Part shown: positions 18,121 through 26,887 of the stretch, in pieces
Layout: every line of letters begins with the position of its first letter
Numbering within the stretch: position 1 is the stretch's first letter
Virus record (IMG/VR): IMGVR_UViG_3300005805_000014
Span: 1 to 32,691 of that record
DNA from: a virus
Taxonomy: Duplodnaviria > Caudoviricetes
Strand: one strand, 5' to 3'
Length of the DNA stretch: 32,691 bases
Notes under the pieces: generated by a model
What the model saw: only the letters and a program-made list of their open reading frames with translations
The model's database searches: none
What the model was told of the DNA's origin: nothing
Program-made: the position numbers and the translations under genes

Positions 18121-18484
18121 CTTTGTGTATTTTGGCGAGGTGTACAATAGGTTGAGCCAAGAGGATGTAACATATCCTGCCATGTTTATAACTCTGGAGA
18201 GTTCTAATATTCTGGCTAAACAGATTGAGTTCAGATTCAGCCTTTACTTTATGGACAGGCAGTTGCAAGAAACTGAAGGACAGGAGGTGTTATCTGATAT
18301 GACTCAGGTTTGCGGAGATATTGTTGCACAGATTAGAAATCAGACAAATATTTGGGATGCTCCTGATACAATAGCTCTGGAGTATTTCACAGAGAGTGAT
18401 CCAGATTATTTGGCAGGTGTGAGAGCAGATGTAACTTTAACTTTACCATTAATTAATGACAGGTGTCAAGTTCCAACTAAATAA
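18047..18484 (+). CDS. Putative tail terminator protein
   Basis: 145 aa, acidic, with YPAMFI...F.FSLYFMD alpha/beta pattern. Confidence 0.6.
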   Translation: MATTLTLNQTIKQLTDYGNQHAQINFVYFGEVYNRLSQEDVTYPAMFITLESSNILAKQIEFRFSLYFMDRQLQETEGQEVLSDMTQVCGDIVAQIRNQTNIWDAPDTIALEYFTESDPDYLAGVRADVTLTLPLINDRCQVPTK

Positions 18485-18486
18485 CT

Positions 18487-21400
18487 ATGGAGTCTAAAAA
18501 AATAAATCAATTAGCTACTAACGTAAATCCTCAGACAAGTGATTTAACTACTATTGGTGATCCTGTAACAGGTCAGCTAAAGAAAATCACATGGTTGCAG
18601 GTTGCTCATTTGATTGGTGCTCAGGCAGCAGTTACATTGCAGCAGGTTACTGACAACGGAAACACTACAACTGATCCAATAACTACAGGAGGATTAACTC
18701 TTACGAATTTGGGAACAGGTGTTCCTCAGGTAACTAATGGAGAGTTTGTTAGCACTTATGGTTATGGATTGGCAAATGGTGTTGCAACATTGGACTCAGG
18801 AGGTAAGATTCCTGCCTCTCAATTGCCTTCATCAGTCATGGAATATAAGGGCACATGGAATGCCTCAACTAATACTCCAACTCTGGCAGATGGAACAGGA
18901 GATAATGGAGATGTTTATTTGGTTAGTGTTGCAGGAACTCAGAATCTGGGTTCAGGAAATATCACATTTGCGGTTGGGGATTGGGTTGTTTATAACGGAA
19001 CTATTTGGCAAAAATCTCTGAACAGCAATGCGGTTGCGAGTGTATTCGGAAGAACAGGAACGATAGTAGCTCAGGAGGGAGATTATAATATTGATCAGCT
19101 TGGGGATGTGGCAATCACATCTGCAGCTACAAATGATTATTTAAGATATAACGGATCAGCTTGGGTAAATACTCAGTTCCCTACATTCGTTTCATCTGAT
19201 AAATTAGTTCTACAGGTTAGAAATACATCAGGTGCAACCATAAATAAAGGAACTGTAGTTTATGTTAATGGTGCATCAGGAGGGTATCCTACAATCGCAA
19301 AGGCTCTTGCAGATGCAGATAATACATCAGCTCAGACTCTTGGTTTAGTTCAGGATAATATCTCAAATAACTCTAATGGAGTTGTAGTTATTGTCGGACA
19401 GATTTCAGGTATTGATACTTCAGCTTATGCTGCAGGAACTCAGCTATATTTGTCAGGAACTACTGCAGGAGCATTTACAAGCACTAAAACTCTGGCTCCT
19501 ACTCACTTGGTTTATGTTGGTATCGTTACAACACAGAATGCAGTTAATGGTGTTATTGAGGTTAAGATTCAAAACGGATATGAGCTTGAGGAAATCCATG
19601 ATGTTGCCATTTCAAGTGTAGCAAATAATCAGGGGCTTTTTTATGATAGTGCGACAAGCCTCTGGAAAAATAAATCTATAGCAACTGTTTTGGGTTATAC
19701 TCCAGAGCAGCCTTTGACATTCTCAGCTCCTTTGAGCAGATCAACTAACACAGTTTCAATACCTGCAGCAACAGGATCAGTTAACGGATATTTGACATCA
19801 ACAGATTGGACAACTTTCAATAACAAGATAACTAATCCAATGACTACTCTGGGAGATATAATCTTTGGGGGTACATCTGGAAATCCAAACAGACTCGCAG
19901 GAAATACAACAACTACTAAACAATATCTAAGCCAGACAGGAACAGGAACAGAATCTGCATCTCCTACATGGGCAACAATTACAGGATCAGACATTACAGG
20001 TGCAGCTCTGACTAAAACCGATGACACTAACGTAACATTAACATTGGGAGGAACTCCTGCAACTGCCTTACTTAGGGCAGCAAGTTTGACTCTTGGTTGG
20101 ACAGGTGAGTTATCAGTAGCAAGAGGTGGAACAGGGCTTTCTGCATTAGGAACTGCAGGTCAACTTTTGCGAGTAAATACAGGAGCTACTGCTCTGGAGT
20201 ATTTTACTCCTACTTATATAAGTGCTGCAATTACTTCTCTAAATGGATTGACTGCTGCAACACAGACTTTTGCAAATGATACCAATGTTACAATAACCTC
20301 AGCAACTGCTACTCATACAATAGGATGGAGTGGTGAGCTTTCAATTGCAAGAGGTGGAACAGGTGCATCTACAAAATCAGCAGCTTTCAATGCTCTTTCT
20401 CCTATGACAACTTTAGGAGATATTATTTATGGTGGAGCAAGTGGAACAGGAACAAGATTAGCAGGTAGCACATCAGCATCTAAAAGATTTTTAACTCAAA
20501 CAGGAGATGGAACTATTAGTGCAGCTCCTGCATGGGGTGCATTGGCATCTACAGATATACCTAATAATGCTGCTGATACAACAGGAAATGCTGCAACTGC
20601 TACCAAACTTGCCACTGCAAGAACGCTGACAATCGGTGTAACAGGTAAAACATTTGATGGATCGGCAAACGTATCATGGTCATTGGCAGAGATAGGAGCA
20701 GAGCCAACTCTTACAAAAGGCAATTTAACAGAAACTACAAGTTCTGTATTAACAATAACAGGAGGAACAGGTGCAGTAATTGGTAGTGGAACTACTATTG
20801 CGGTTGCAAGTGCAGGAGCTGCTCAGAATGGTGTGGTTACAACAGGAGCGCAGACTCTTGCAGGTGCTAAAACCTTGACTGATTTATTGACGGGTACAAG
20901 GGTTGCAATGACTGCAAGTGTTACATCTGGTGCAGCAAATTCATTCGCAGTTACACAAACCCAAAGGAATGGCACTGACACAGGAGATATAGCAATGAGC
21001 GTATCTCATACAATTACTGCAAGTTCTGCAAGTAATCAGCTTGTCATTAGAGCAATGTCTTTTGGTACAAATAATAACTTGACAGGTGGAGGTGCAGTAA
21101 CCAATTATAGAGGTTGGAACGTAGCGAGTAGCACACAAACAGGAACTACAACAACACATCTGGATCAAATATATATTGAGAGAGGAACTGCTGACGGAAC
21201 CGTAACCAACAATAGAGCCATCCGCATAAACAATATGCAAGGCACTAATAGAGCAGCATTCTTTGTATTGGACATTGGAGATGGCGGAACAAACAATAGC
21301 TACATGGTTTTGGGTTCTGATGCAAGTGCTACCATTCCTACGGGCAATTGGGGTATCTATCAAATCCAAAGCACATACAATAACTATTTCAATGGTAAAG

Positions 21401-22962
21401 TACTCATTAAAACAACAACCGATGCTGGATATGCACTTGATGTAAACGGTACGGCAAGGCTTGGCGCACTAACCGGAACGAGTGCTACGTTTAGTGGGGA
21501 TGTTGCAATAGGACTTGCAACTGCTTTAAGAAGATTACATGTAAAAAGTGGAGCTGGCATTGCACAATTTGAATCTAATACAACAAGTGGTACAATATAT
21601 GTTGCAGATACTGGGACTACTACAATAGACAATCAGGGTATTGGTTCGAGAGGTAATAACATTGCTATAATGACTGGAGGTGCTGATAGACTCACAATCG
21701 CCTCAACTGGCGCAGCTACTTTCGCAGCTCCTTCTGGTGCTGGTACAAATACCGCAGTAACTTATAATTATGCAACTGATAATAACTATGCTTTAAACTA
21801 TAAGCAAATTGTATCTGCTGGTTTAGTTAAACATACATTTGATGTAACAAATGCTGGTACTGCTTATGCTAATAATTTAGTTTTGGATAGGGGGAATGTG
21901 GGAATTGGAACGAGTCCAAGTTACAAATTGCATATCATAGAATCAACAGCTAATGGAAGAGCGATTCAAGCAGTTGCAACTGCAACATCAGGTACAAACT
22001 ATGGTGCAGTATTTGCCGCAGAAGGTTCAGGTGCAACAAAAAATATTGGTTTATATGCAAGTGCTGAAGGAGCAACGACTAATGTTGCTGCTCATTTTGA
22101 TAAAGGCAATGTGGGAATTGGGACGAGCAGCCCGAGTGTTAGATTGGATGTAAATGAAACAACATCAAATACTTATGGAATAATAGCAGCAAGAGGAAAT
22201 AGCAGAGGTGGGGCATTAGAATTGTATAACGGAACAACTTTAACTGCTGCAATATATTCATTAACAACAAATGATTTAATTTTTTATAATGGCACTGGAT
22301 ATACCGAAAGAATGCGCATAACGAGTGGCGGCAATGTGGGGATTGGGACGAGCAGCCCATTTGGTAAATTAGACGTAAGAGGAACACCTGATTCTAATTT
22401 TGGAAATATAACTGCATTTGATGATAGAACTGCTGCAATAGATCAAGGAGGTATGATTGTATTTGGTGGTTATAAAACTACTACATCTGCTGCTGCATTA
22501 TTTGGTCAAATTGCAGGAAGAAAAGAAAATAGTACTGCTGGAAATGAAGCTGGATATTTAACATTTTTAACAAACAATAATGGTTCTTATGTAGAAAGAA
22601 TGCGCATAACGAGTGGGGGAGAGTTGTTAATTAACACTATAACTGATGCTGGAGCATATTATTTGCAAGTAAACGGATCAGTTTATGCAACTGCATATTA
22701 CGAATCATCCGACATCCGCCTAAAAGATGTGATCACAAACACATATAGCGATACCTTTAGTGCGATTGAGTTCATGTGGAAAGATAAGAGAGATGATAAG
22801 AAACATTGGGGATATGCAGCGCAAGATGTGATGAAATACATCCCAGATGCAATTGAGGTGAACAATGATGGCATGATGACCGTGAACTACAACGAGGCAC
22901 ATACTTGGAAGATAGCGCAACTTGAGAAAGAGATTCTTGAACTAAAAGCAAAGATTAAATAA
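18487..22962 (+). CDS. Long modular tail fibre with C-terminal intramolecular chaperone (Peptidase_S74)
   Basis: 1491 aa, Thr/Gly/Ala-rich, with GNVGIGT and ERMRITSGG repeats; C-terminal YESSDIRLK...GYAAQDV...VNY plus coiled coil. Confidence 0.9.
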   Translation: MESKKINQLATNVNPQTSDLTTIGDPVTGQLKKITWLQVAHLIGAQAAVTLQQVTDNGNTTTDPITTGGLTLTNLGTGVPQVTNGEFVSTYGYGLANGVATLDSGGKIPASQLPSSVMEYKGTWNASTNTPTLADGTGDNGDVYLVSVAGTQNLGSGNITFAVGDWVVYNGTIWQKSLNSNAVASVFGRTGTIVAQEGDYNIDQLGDVAITSAATNDYLRYNGSAWVNTQFPTFVSSDKLVLQVRNTSGATINKGTVVYVNGASGGYPTIAKALADADNTSAQTLGLVQDNISNNSNGVVVIVGQISGIDTSAYAAGTQLYLSGTTAGAFTSTKTLAPTHLVYVGIVTTQNAVNGVIEVKIQNGYELEEIHDVAISSVANNQGLFYDSATSLWKNKSIATVLGYTPEQPLTFSAPLSRSTNTVSIPAATGSVNGYLTSTDWTTFNNKITNPMTTLGDIIFGGTSGNPNRLAGNTTTTKQYLSQTGTGTESASPTWATITGSDITGAALTKTDDTNVTLTLGGTPATALLRAASLTLGWTGELSVARGGTGLSALGTAGQLLRVNTGATALEYFTPTYISAAITSLNGLTAATQTFANDTNVTITSATATHTIGWSGELSIARGGTGASTKSAAFNALSPMTTLGDIIYGGASGTGTRLAGSTSASKRFLTQTGDGTISAAPAWGALASTDIPNNAADTTGNAATATKLATARTLTIGVTGKTFDGSANVSWSLAEIGAEPTLTKGNLTETTSSVLTITGGTGAVIGSGTTIAVASAGAAQNGVVTTGAQTLAGAKTLTDLLTGTRVAMTASVTSGAANSFAVTQTQRNGTDTGDIAMSVSHTITASSASNQLVIRAMSFGTNNNLTGGGAVTNYRGWNVASSTQTGTTTTHLDQIYIERGTADGTVTNNRAIRINNMQGTNRAAFFVLDIGDGGTNNSYMVLGSDASATIPTGNWGIYQIQSTYNNYFNGKVLIKTTTDAGYALDVNGTARLGALTGTSATFSGDVAIGLATALRRLHVKSGAGIAQFESNTTSGTIYVADTGTTTIDNQGIGSRGNNIAIMTGGADRLTIASTGAATFAAPSGAGTNTAVTYNYATDNNYALNYKQIVSAGLVKHTFDVTNAGTAYANNLVLDRGNVGIGTSPSYKLHIIESTANGRAIQAVATATSGTNYGAVFAAEGSGATKNIGLYASAEGATTNVAAHFDKGNVGIGTSSPSVRLDVNETTSNTYGIIAARGNSRGGALELYNGTTLTAAIYSLTTNDLIFYNGTGYTERMRITSGGNVGIGTSSPFGKLDVRGTPDSNFGNITAFDDRTAAIDQGGMIVFGGYKTTTSAAALFGQIAGRKENSTAGNEAGYLTFLTNNNGSYVERMRITSGGELLINTITDAGAYYLQVNGSVYATAYYESSDIRLKDVITNTYSDTFSAIEFMWKDKRDDKKHWGYAAQDVMKYIPDAIEVNNDGMMTVNYNEAHTWKIAQLEKEILELKAKIK
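21892..22616 (+). repeat. Junction repeats in the tail fibre
   Basis: 29-bp repeat at 22105 and 22330 (28/29 identical; degenerate copy at 21892); 23-bp repeat at 22306 and 22594 (identical). Confidence 0.9.
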
Positions 22963-23555
22963 TGGCTACAACTTGGGCAGGAACAACGGATAACCAACTC
23001 ATCACAAGAGCTGCACTTCAAAATGGTGTAGACAATGGGTATTTAAATCCTATTGCTGGAACCACTATTACTGATCTCACTAAAATATGTACAAAAGAAT
23101 ACATAGAGAGTGTAATAGAGGAAATAGATACAACAAGAGCAGATTGGTCAAATCTAACTGCCAAGCAATGCCCAACTAAAGATGACTTGCAAAATTCAAC
23201 AAAGAGAATGGTAAGAAGATATGTAAGAGTGCCAAGCGGTTACTCTGCAACTCTTACCGTAAAAAGAAAAAGATATAATTCATCAACTATCACAACCGTT
23301 TCTACCGATACAATTACCGCAGATGCTTGCTCTGGAATTGGAGGTAATACCGATTGGTATGTAGGAGATACGGTATATTTTGAATGGAGTACTGGGCTAT
23401 ATAGCTCAATAGAATCCAAGGCAACCAAGGACACAACAGATTGCGCTGCTGGCTCATTTGCTTGCGGCCCATTCTCTTGGGTTATTGGCAAAGCTGAGAA
23501 ATTAGATGTAAACTTCGGAACAAGCATTAAGACCCCTATCAATCCATGTGTATAA
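22962..23555 (+). CDS. Hypothetical fibre-associated protein
   Basis: 197 aa, TAATG-coupled to the fibre gene; several cysteines. Confidence 0.7.
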   Translation: MATTWAGTTDNQLITRAALQNGVDNGYLNPIAGTTITDLTKICTKEYIESVIEEIDTTRADWSNLTAKQCPTKDDLQNSTKRMVRRYVRVPSGYSATLTVKRKRYNSSTITTVSTDTITADACSGIGGNTDWYVGDTVYFEWSTGLYSSIESKATKDTTDCAAGSFACGPFSWVIGKAEKLDVNFGTSIKTPINPCV

Positions 23556-23567
23556 AAAATAAATAAA

Positions 23568-23891
23568 ATGAAAACAATACAAGACGTACAAATTTGGGAC
23601 AACGGACAAGTAAAAGTAGCTAAGGTTTTGAATGCTTATGCGGTAAATGTATCGCTCAATCAAAACGCTAAATTTTATTATGAATTATTGCCTCTTGATG
23701 ATCAAGGCAATATTGGTGGCAGAATTGCTTATGGCAATGTATTTATGCCAATGGAGCAGTACCTACAATGGTCTCAAGATGAGTTTGCTTGGGATTTTGT
23801 AGCTAATAGTTTAAACTTAGTTATAACAGGAGATTATACTCCTCCAGAAATTATTGATCAACCTATTGAAAATAATCCAGAAAGTTTGTAA
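23568..23891 (+). CDS. Hypothetical protein (possible fibre assembly factor)
   Basis: 107 aa, acidic, downstream of the fibre. Confidence 0.65.
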   Translation: MKTIQDVQIWDNGQVKVAKVLNAYAVNVSLNQNAKFYYELLPLDDQGNIGGRIAYGNVFMPMEQYLQWSQDEFAWDFVANSLNLVITGDYTPPEIIDQPIENNPESL

Positions 23892-23911
23892 ATTAGCATA
23901 AATTTTATTTT

Positions 23912-24304
23912 ATGACTAACAACGAATTAATCAAAGTTGCAAACTTAATTGGAGCTTACATGGGTGAGCAAAAAACAAAAGGTCAGAAAAAGCTGTTTAA
24001 AATCTATGAGAAGTTAAAACCTGCCATAGATAAATATCAGGCTGATCTGGAGGATTTGAGATTGGATAATGCCTCTGTGGATGATAAAGGAAATCTCATA
24101 TTAGATGAGAAGGGGAACTATAAGTTTAATAAAGATGGAATTAAAAAGCTCAATAAAGAGATTAAAGAACTCGGAGAGAAAGAAATTGAGTTTAAGGTTA
24201 TCGAAGTTGTTAACCCTGAAGGCTTAGAGGATTATTGGTTCTTGGAAGGTTGGATCAATGGTGTAACATTAAATAAACCAGATGAGGAAATTATTGATCT
24301 GTAG
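23912..24304 (+). CDS. Hypothetical protein
   Basis: 130 aa, charged and helical. Confidence 0.7.
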   Translation: MTNNELIKVANLIGAYMGEQKTKGQKKLFKIYEKLKPAIDKYQADLEDLRLDNASVDDKGNLILDEKGNYKFNKDGIKKLNKEIKELGEKEIEFKVIEVVNPEGLEDYWFLEGWINGVTLNKPDEEIIDL

Positions 24305-24764
24305 TCTGTTCTTAACAGGATGCCTTTCTGAGCGAAAACTTGCAGAAACCTGTGCTGAAAAATTCCCTATTAAAGAGGAAATAAAAGAGGTTTTAGTAGT
24401 AGATACCATTCAGGCAGCTCCTGATACCATTCTGGTACATTTTAAGGACTCTATTTTGCCTGTAATTTGCCCACCAAGCAAAACCATTACCTTAACAAAA
24501 GAGGTCATTAAAACGCAGGAAAATACTGCTAAAATCGAAGCCTTGAAAATGAGGCATCAAAAAGAGATGGAAACTCTGCACATGGACTACCAAAACCATG
24601 AGGCTGCCCATATCAAAGAGATGGACAAATTAAAGAAAGAGTTAAACGATGTGGAAACCAAGTTGCAAAGAGTGAGGAAATTTAAACTTTGGTTTTACTT
24701 ACTCGTATCTGGTTTAATAGCTATTTTTGCAATTCGTAATAGTTGGTTAAAGTTCCCTCTGTAA
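24282..24764 (+). CDS. Lipoprotein with C-terminal TM helix (unimolecular-spanin topology)
   Basis: MRKLLICSLFLTG-C lipobox, coiled coil, and TM segment LWFYLLVSGLIAIFAI. Confidence 0.65.
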   Translation: MRKLLICSLFLTGCLSERKLAETCAEKFPIKEEIKEVLVVDTIQAAPDTILVHFKDSILPVICPPSKTITLTKEVIKTQENTAKIEALKMRHQKEMETLHMDYQNHEAAHIKEMDKLKKELNDVETKLQRVRKFKLWFYLLVSGLIAIFAIRNSWLKFPL

Positions 24765-24785
24765 GTACAGGGGGAATTTTTTTTT
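24752..24785 (+). terminator. Intrinsic terminator ending the late operon
   Basis: TTCCCTCTGT-AAGT-ACAGGGGGAA followed by T9. Confidence 0.85.
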
Positions 24786-24796
24786 ATCTGCCAATT

Positions 24797-24972
24797 AATG
24801 TAACTAATTACATTTTAAAGTACTTAAAAGTGTTATCTATCGCACTTTTCGACACTTAACGGATCAGATATAGACCAAAAATCATATTATTTGGGCGATA
24901 TATTGCACATTGGTGAGCTGAATAATTTTACTAATCGGCTCAATTAGTCACATAAATTGAAATATTTGTGAC
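24797..24972. repeat. Array of abutting, mutually unrelated imperfect palindromes
   Basis: About eight inverted repeats in ~180 bp of non-coding DNA (see findings). Confidence 0.8.
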
Positions 24973-24982
24973 AAAAATAAAT

Positions 24983-25013
24983 TTTGATATTTAAAAAAGA
25001 GTTTATACATTTG
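24983..25013 (+). promoter_or_regulatory. Bacteroidota sigma-A type early promoter
   Basis: TTTG(24983)-N19-TACATTTG(25006-25013). Confidence 0.8.
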
Positions 25014-25031
25014 AACTCTAAACCAATTATT

Positions 25032-25637
25032 ATGCAAACAGTAAAAATCAAAGGCAAGGATTACGTTCCTGTACACGAAAGAATCAAATGGCTCAATGAA
25101 AATTACGAGTACAATATTGAAACAGACTATCAGTATTTCGCTGAGAGGCGGATGTGGGTAGTCAAAGCCAAACTCACAATTAGCGGAGCTGACAGAGATT
25201 ACATATACACAGGTCATGCTCAGGAAATCGAATCAGACAATTACAGAGAAGTAAATCACACATCAGCATTAGAGAACGCAGAAACCTCTGCAGTAGGTAG
25301 AGCCTGTGCTATGGCTAATATCGGAATTGACACAGGCATTGCATCTGCTGATGAAGTAGAGAAAGCCATTAATCGTACTAAAGAACCCATTGATGAAGTA
25401 GGCGAGGAAAATAGATTGTACTTACTAACCCTATTAGAGAATACAACCTATGAGGAAAGACAAAAGGAACAACTCGCAATCAGGATCGGAGCATTGGTGA
25501 AGAATGAGGATTTCCAAAAGGCTCTGCTGAATCTACAATCAAACCAGATAGAGGATAAAGACAGAATTGCAATGGGCATGAACTACTCTCAATCTGACAT
25601 TAAGAAAACTTTAAAACGCAAAGAGAATGTTGGATAA
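25032..25637 (+). CDS. Single-strand annealing protein (Rad52/Sak-like)
   Basis: KGKDYVPVHERI...GHAQE...SALENAETSAVGRA. Start moved to ATG 25032. Confidence 0.7.
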   Translation: MQTVKIKGKDYVPVHERIKWLNENYEYNIETDYQYFAERRMWVVKAKLTISGADRDYIYTGHAQEIESDNYREVNHTSALENAETSAVGRACAMANIGIDTGIASADEVEKAINRTKEPIDEVGEENRLYLLTLLENTTYEERQKEQLAIRIGALVKNEDFQKALLNLQSNQIEDKDRIAMGMNYSQSDIKKTLKRKENVG

Positions 25638-25992
25638 ATACAATGATCACTACCAAAGGATGATTAAATATCTTGAGCAGCCTCTCCCGAAAGAGCCAGA
25701 GGAGCTCATTGAAAGATTAAATAATCTATCCATCCTGATGACAAGAGCAGGTAACTACATGACTGAATGCCAATACAGAATTGATGAGGTTGTAGATATT
25801 GAATGCAAAGTGAATCTGGAGCTATTAGATAAATTCTCTGCCTCTACATTCAACATGATGATCAAAGCAAAGGCAAAGGATTGGAACAGGCTAAAAACAG
25901 GATTTGAAAGGTGCTGCTCTGCTGCAGTTCACCAGATAGATGCAATCAGAACATTAATTTCATTTGAAAAAGCAAAAATTCAGATATTATGA
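25627..25992 (+). CDS. Hypothetical helical protein in the recombination module
   Basis: 121 aa, overlapping operon arrangement. Confidence 0.7.
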   Translation: MLDKYNDHYQRMIKYLEQPLPKEPEELIERLNNLSILMTRAGNYMTECQYRIDEVVDIECKVNLELLDKFSASTFNMMIKAKAKDWNRLKTGFERCCSAAVHQIDAIRTLISFEKAKIQIL

Positions 25993-26189
25993 ACTCTTAC
26001 CAACTACTACCACCACAGGAAAGAATGCTCATTATGGCAAAGATTTATCATCACATTTGGTATAGCGAAGGCAGATATTTCGAGATGCTAAATATGTTAG
26101 ATGAATGGGACAAGAACCCAACCAAAGAGGCTAAATTTTTAAATCAAATAACAGATGGAACAGAACTCAACGAAACCGAACTTTGCTAA
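25989..26189 (+). CDS. Hypothetical protein
   Basis: 66 aa, ATGA-coupled. Confidence 0.65.
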   Translation: MNSYQLLPPQERMLIMAKIYHHIWYSEGRYFEMLNMLDEWDKNPTKEAKFLNQITDGTELNETELC

Positions 26190-26361
26190 AGGTATTTTTC
26201 TGACTAAGAAACAAGGAAAGAAAGGCGAATTTTTAGAACTCTCTATTAAGAATGGAGAAGGTTACGAAAAATACGTTTGTTTTTTAAGCCAGAAAAAAGA
26301 TAAATTTGGCAATGAGCAGTACACTATTTACGAAAAAACTAAAAACGATTTACCATTTTGA
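26155..26361 (+). CDS. Small putative ssDNA-binding protein
   Basis: 68 aa, beta-rich, with an SSB-like C-terminal DLPF tip. Confidence 0.6.
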   Translation: MEQNSTKPNFAKGIFLTKKQGKKGEFLELSIKNGEGYEKYVCFLSQKKDKFGNEQYTIYEKTKNDLPF

Positions 26362-26792
26362 AACAGACCGAATCAACTAAATCAATTACGAGAAATTTTA
26401 TCCAATCTATCATCAAGGATCATTACGAAATGATTGGTAAACTTGAGAAACTATTGGATCAATTCCCTGTAGTTGAGAGGATAGCAAGGCACAAACGCAG
26501 ACCTGCTGAGGAAATAATCAATGCAGTTAACGAGGTATTTAATACGGATTGCACAGAACATAGCAGGAGGCAGCGAGTGGCTGACGCTCGGCATTGTGCG
26601 GTATTTATGCTCAGGCAATATACTGATCTAACCCTAAAGGAGATCGGAGAACAGTTAGGCTCAAATGGGCATCATACAACAATTTTACACAGTATTAAGA
26701 CTTGTAAAAACCTGATTGATATTGATGAGCATTTCGCAGAGAAATACAGTCAGACTAAAATTTTATTGGATTCTAAATTGCAATTAATTTAG
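26358..26792 (+). CDS. Protein with a DnaA C-terminal (domain IV) HTH
   Basis: SRRQRVADARHCAVFMLRQYTDLTLKEIGEQLG..HHTTILHS. Confidence 0.8.
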   Translation: MKQTESTKSITRNFIQSIIKDHYEMIGKLEKLLDQFPVVERIARHKRRPAEEIINAVNEVFNTDCTEHSRRQRVADARHCAVFMLRQYTDLTLKEIGEQLGSNGHHTTILHSIKTCKNLIDIDEHFAEKYSQTKILLDSKLQLI

Positions 26793-26800
26793 TATATTTG
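26793..26800 (+). promoter_or_regulatory. -7 element of a probable promoter for the replication operon
   Basis: TATATTTG; the -33 element is not clear. Confidence 0.55.
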
Positions 26801-26801
26801 T

Positions 26802-26878
26802 TTTGAGGATGCAGCCTCAGATTAAAAACATTAATTTCCCTGATGGGTGCGGAACTGCATTTCCAATCCCTTCAGGGA
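26802..26878 (+). ncRNA. Putative cis-regulatory two-hairpin kissing-loop RNA
   Basis: Loop 1 ATGCAG (26809-14) is the reverse complement of loop 2 CTGCAT (26855-60). Confidence 0.65.
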
Positions 26879-26887
26879 TTCTTATTT

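Noticed and set aside
8148-22920. Short alternative-frame + strand ORFs nested in structural genes
   Set aside because: They are fully embedded and motif-free, as expected from codon bias.
21892-22962. Diversity-generating retroelement or shufflon at the tail fibre
   Set aside because: There is no reverse transcriptase, no TR/VR pair with A-specific mismatches and no invertase, and the repeats are direct and in frame.
24797-24972. CRISPR mini-array or tRNA
   Set aside because: There is no repeated unit with spacers, no cloverleaf and no T-loop motif.
24948-25217. Minus-strand ORFs (this one and all others in the track)
   Set aside because: They are antisense shadows of well-supported + strand genes and have no recognisable motifs.
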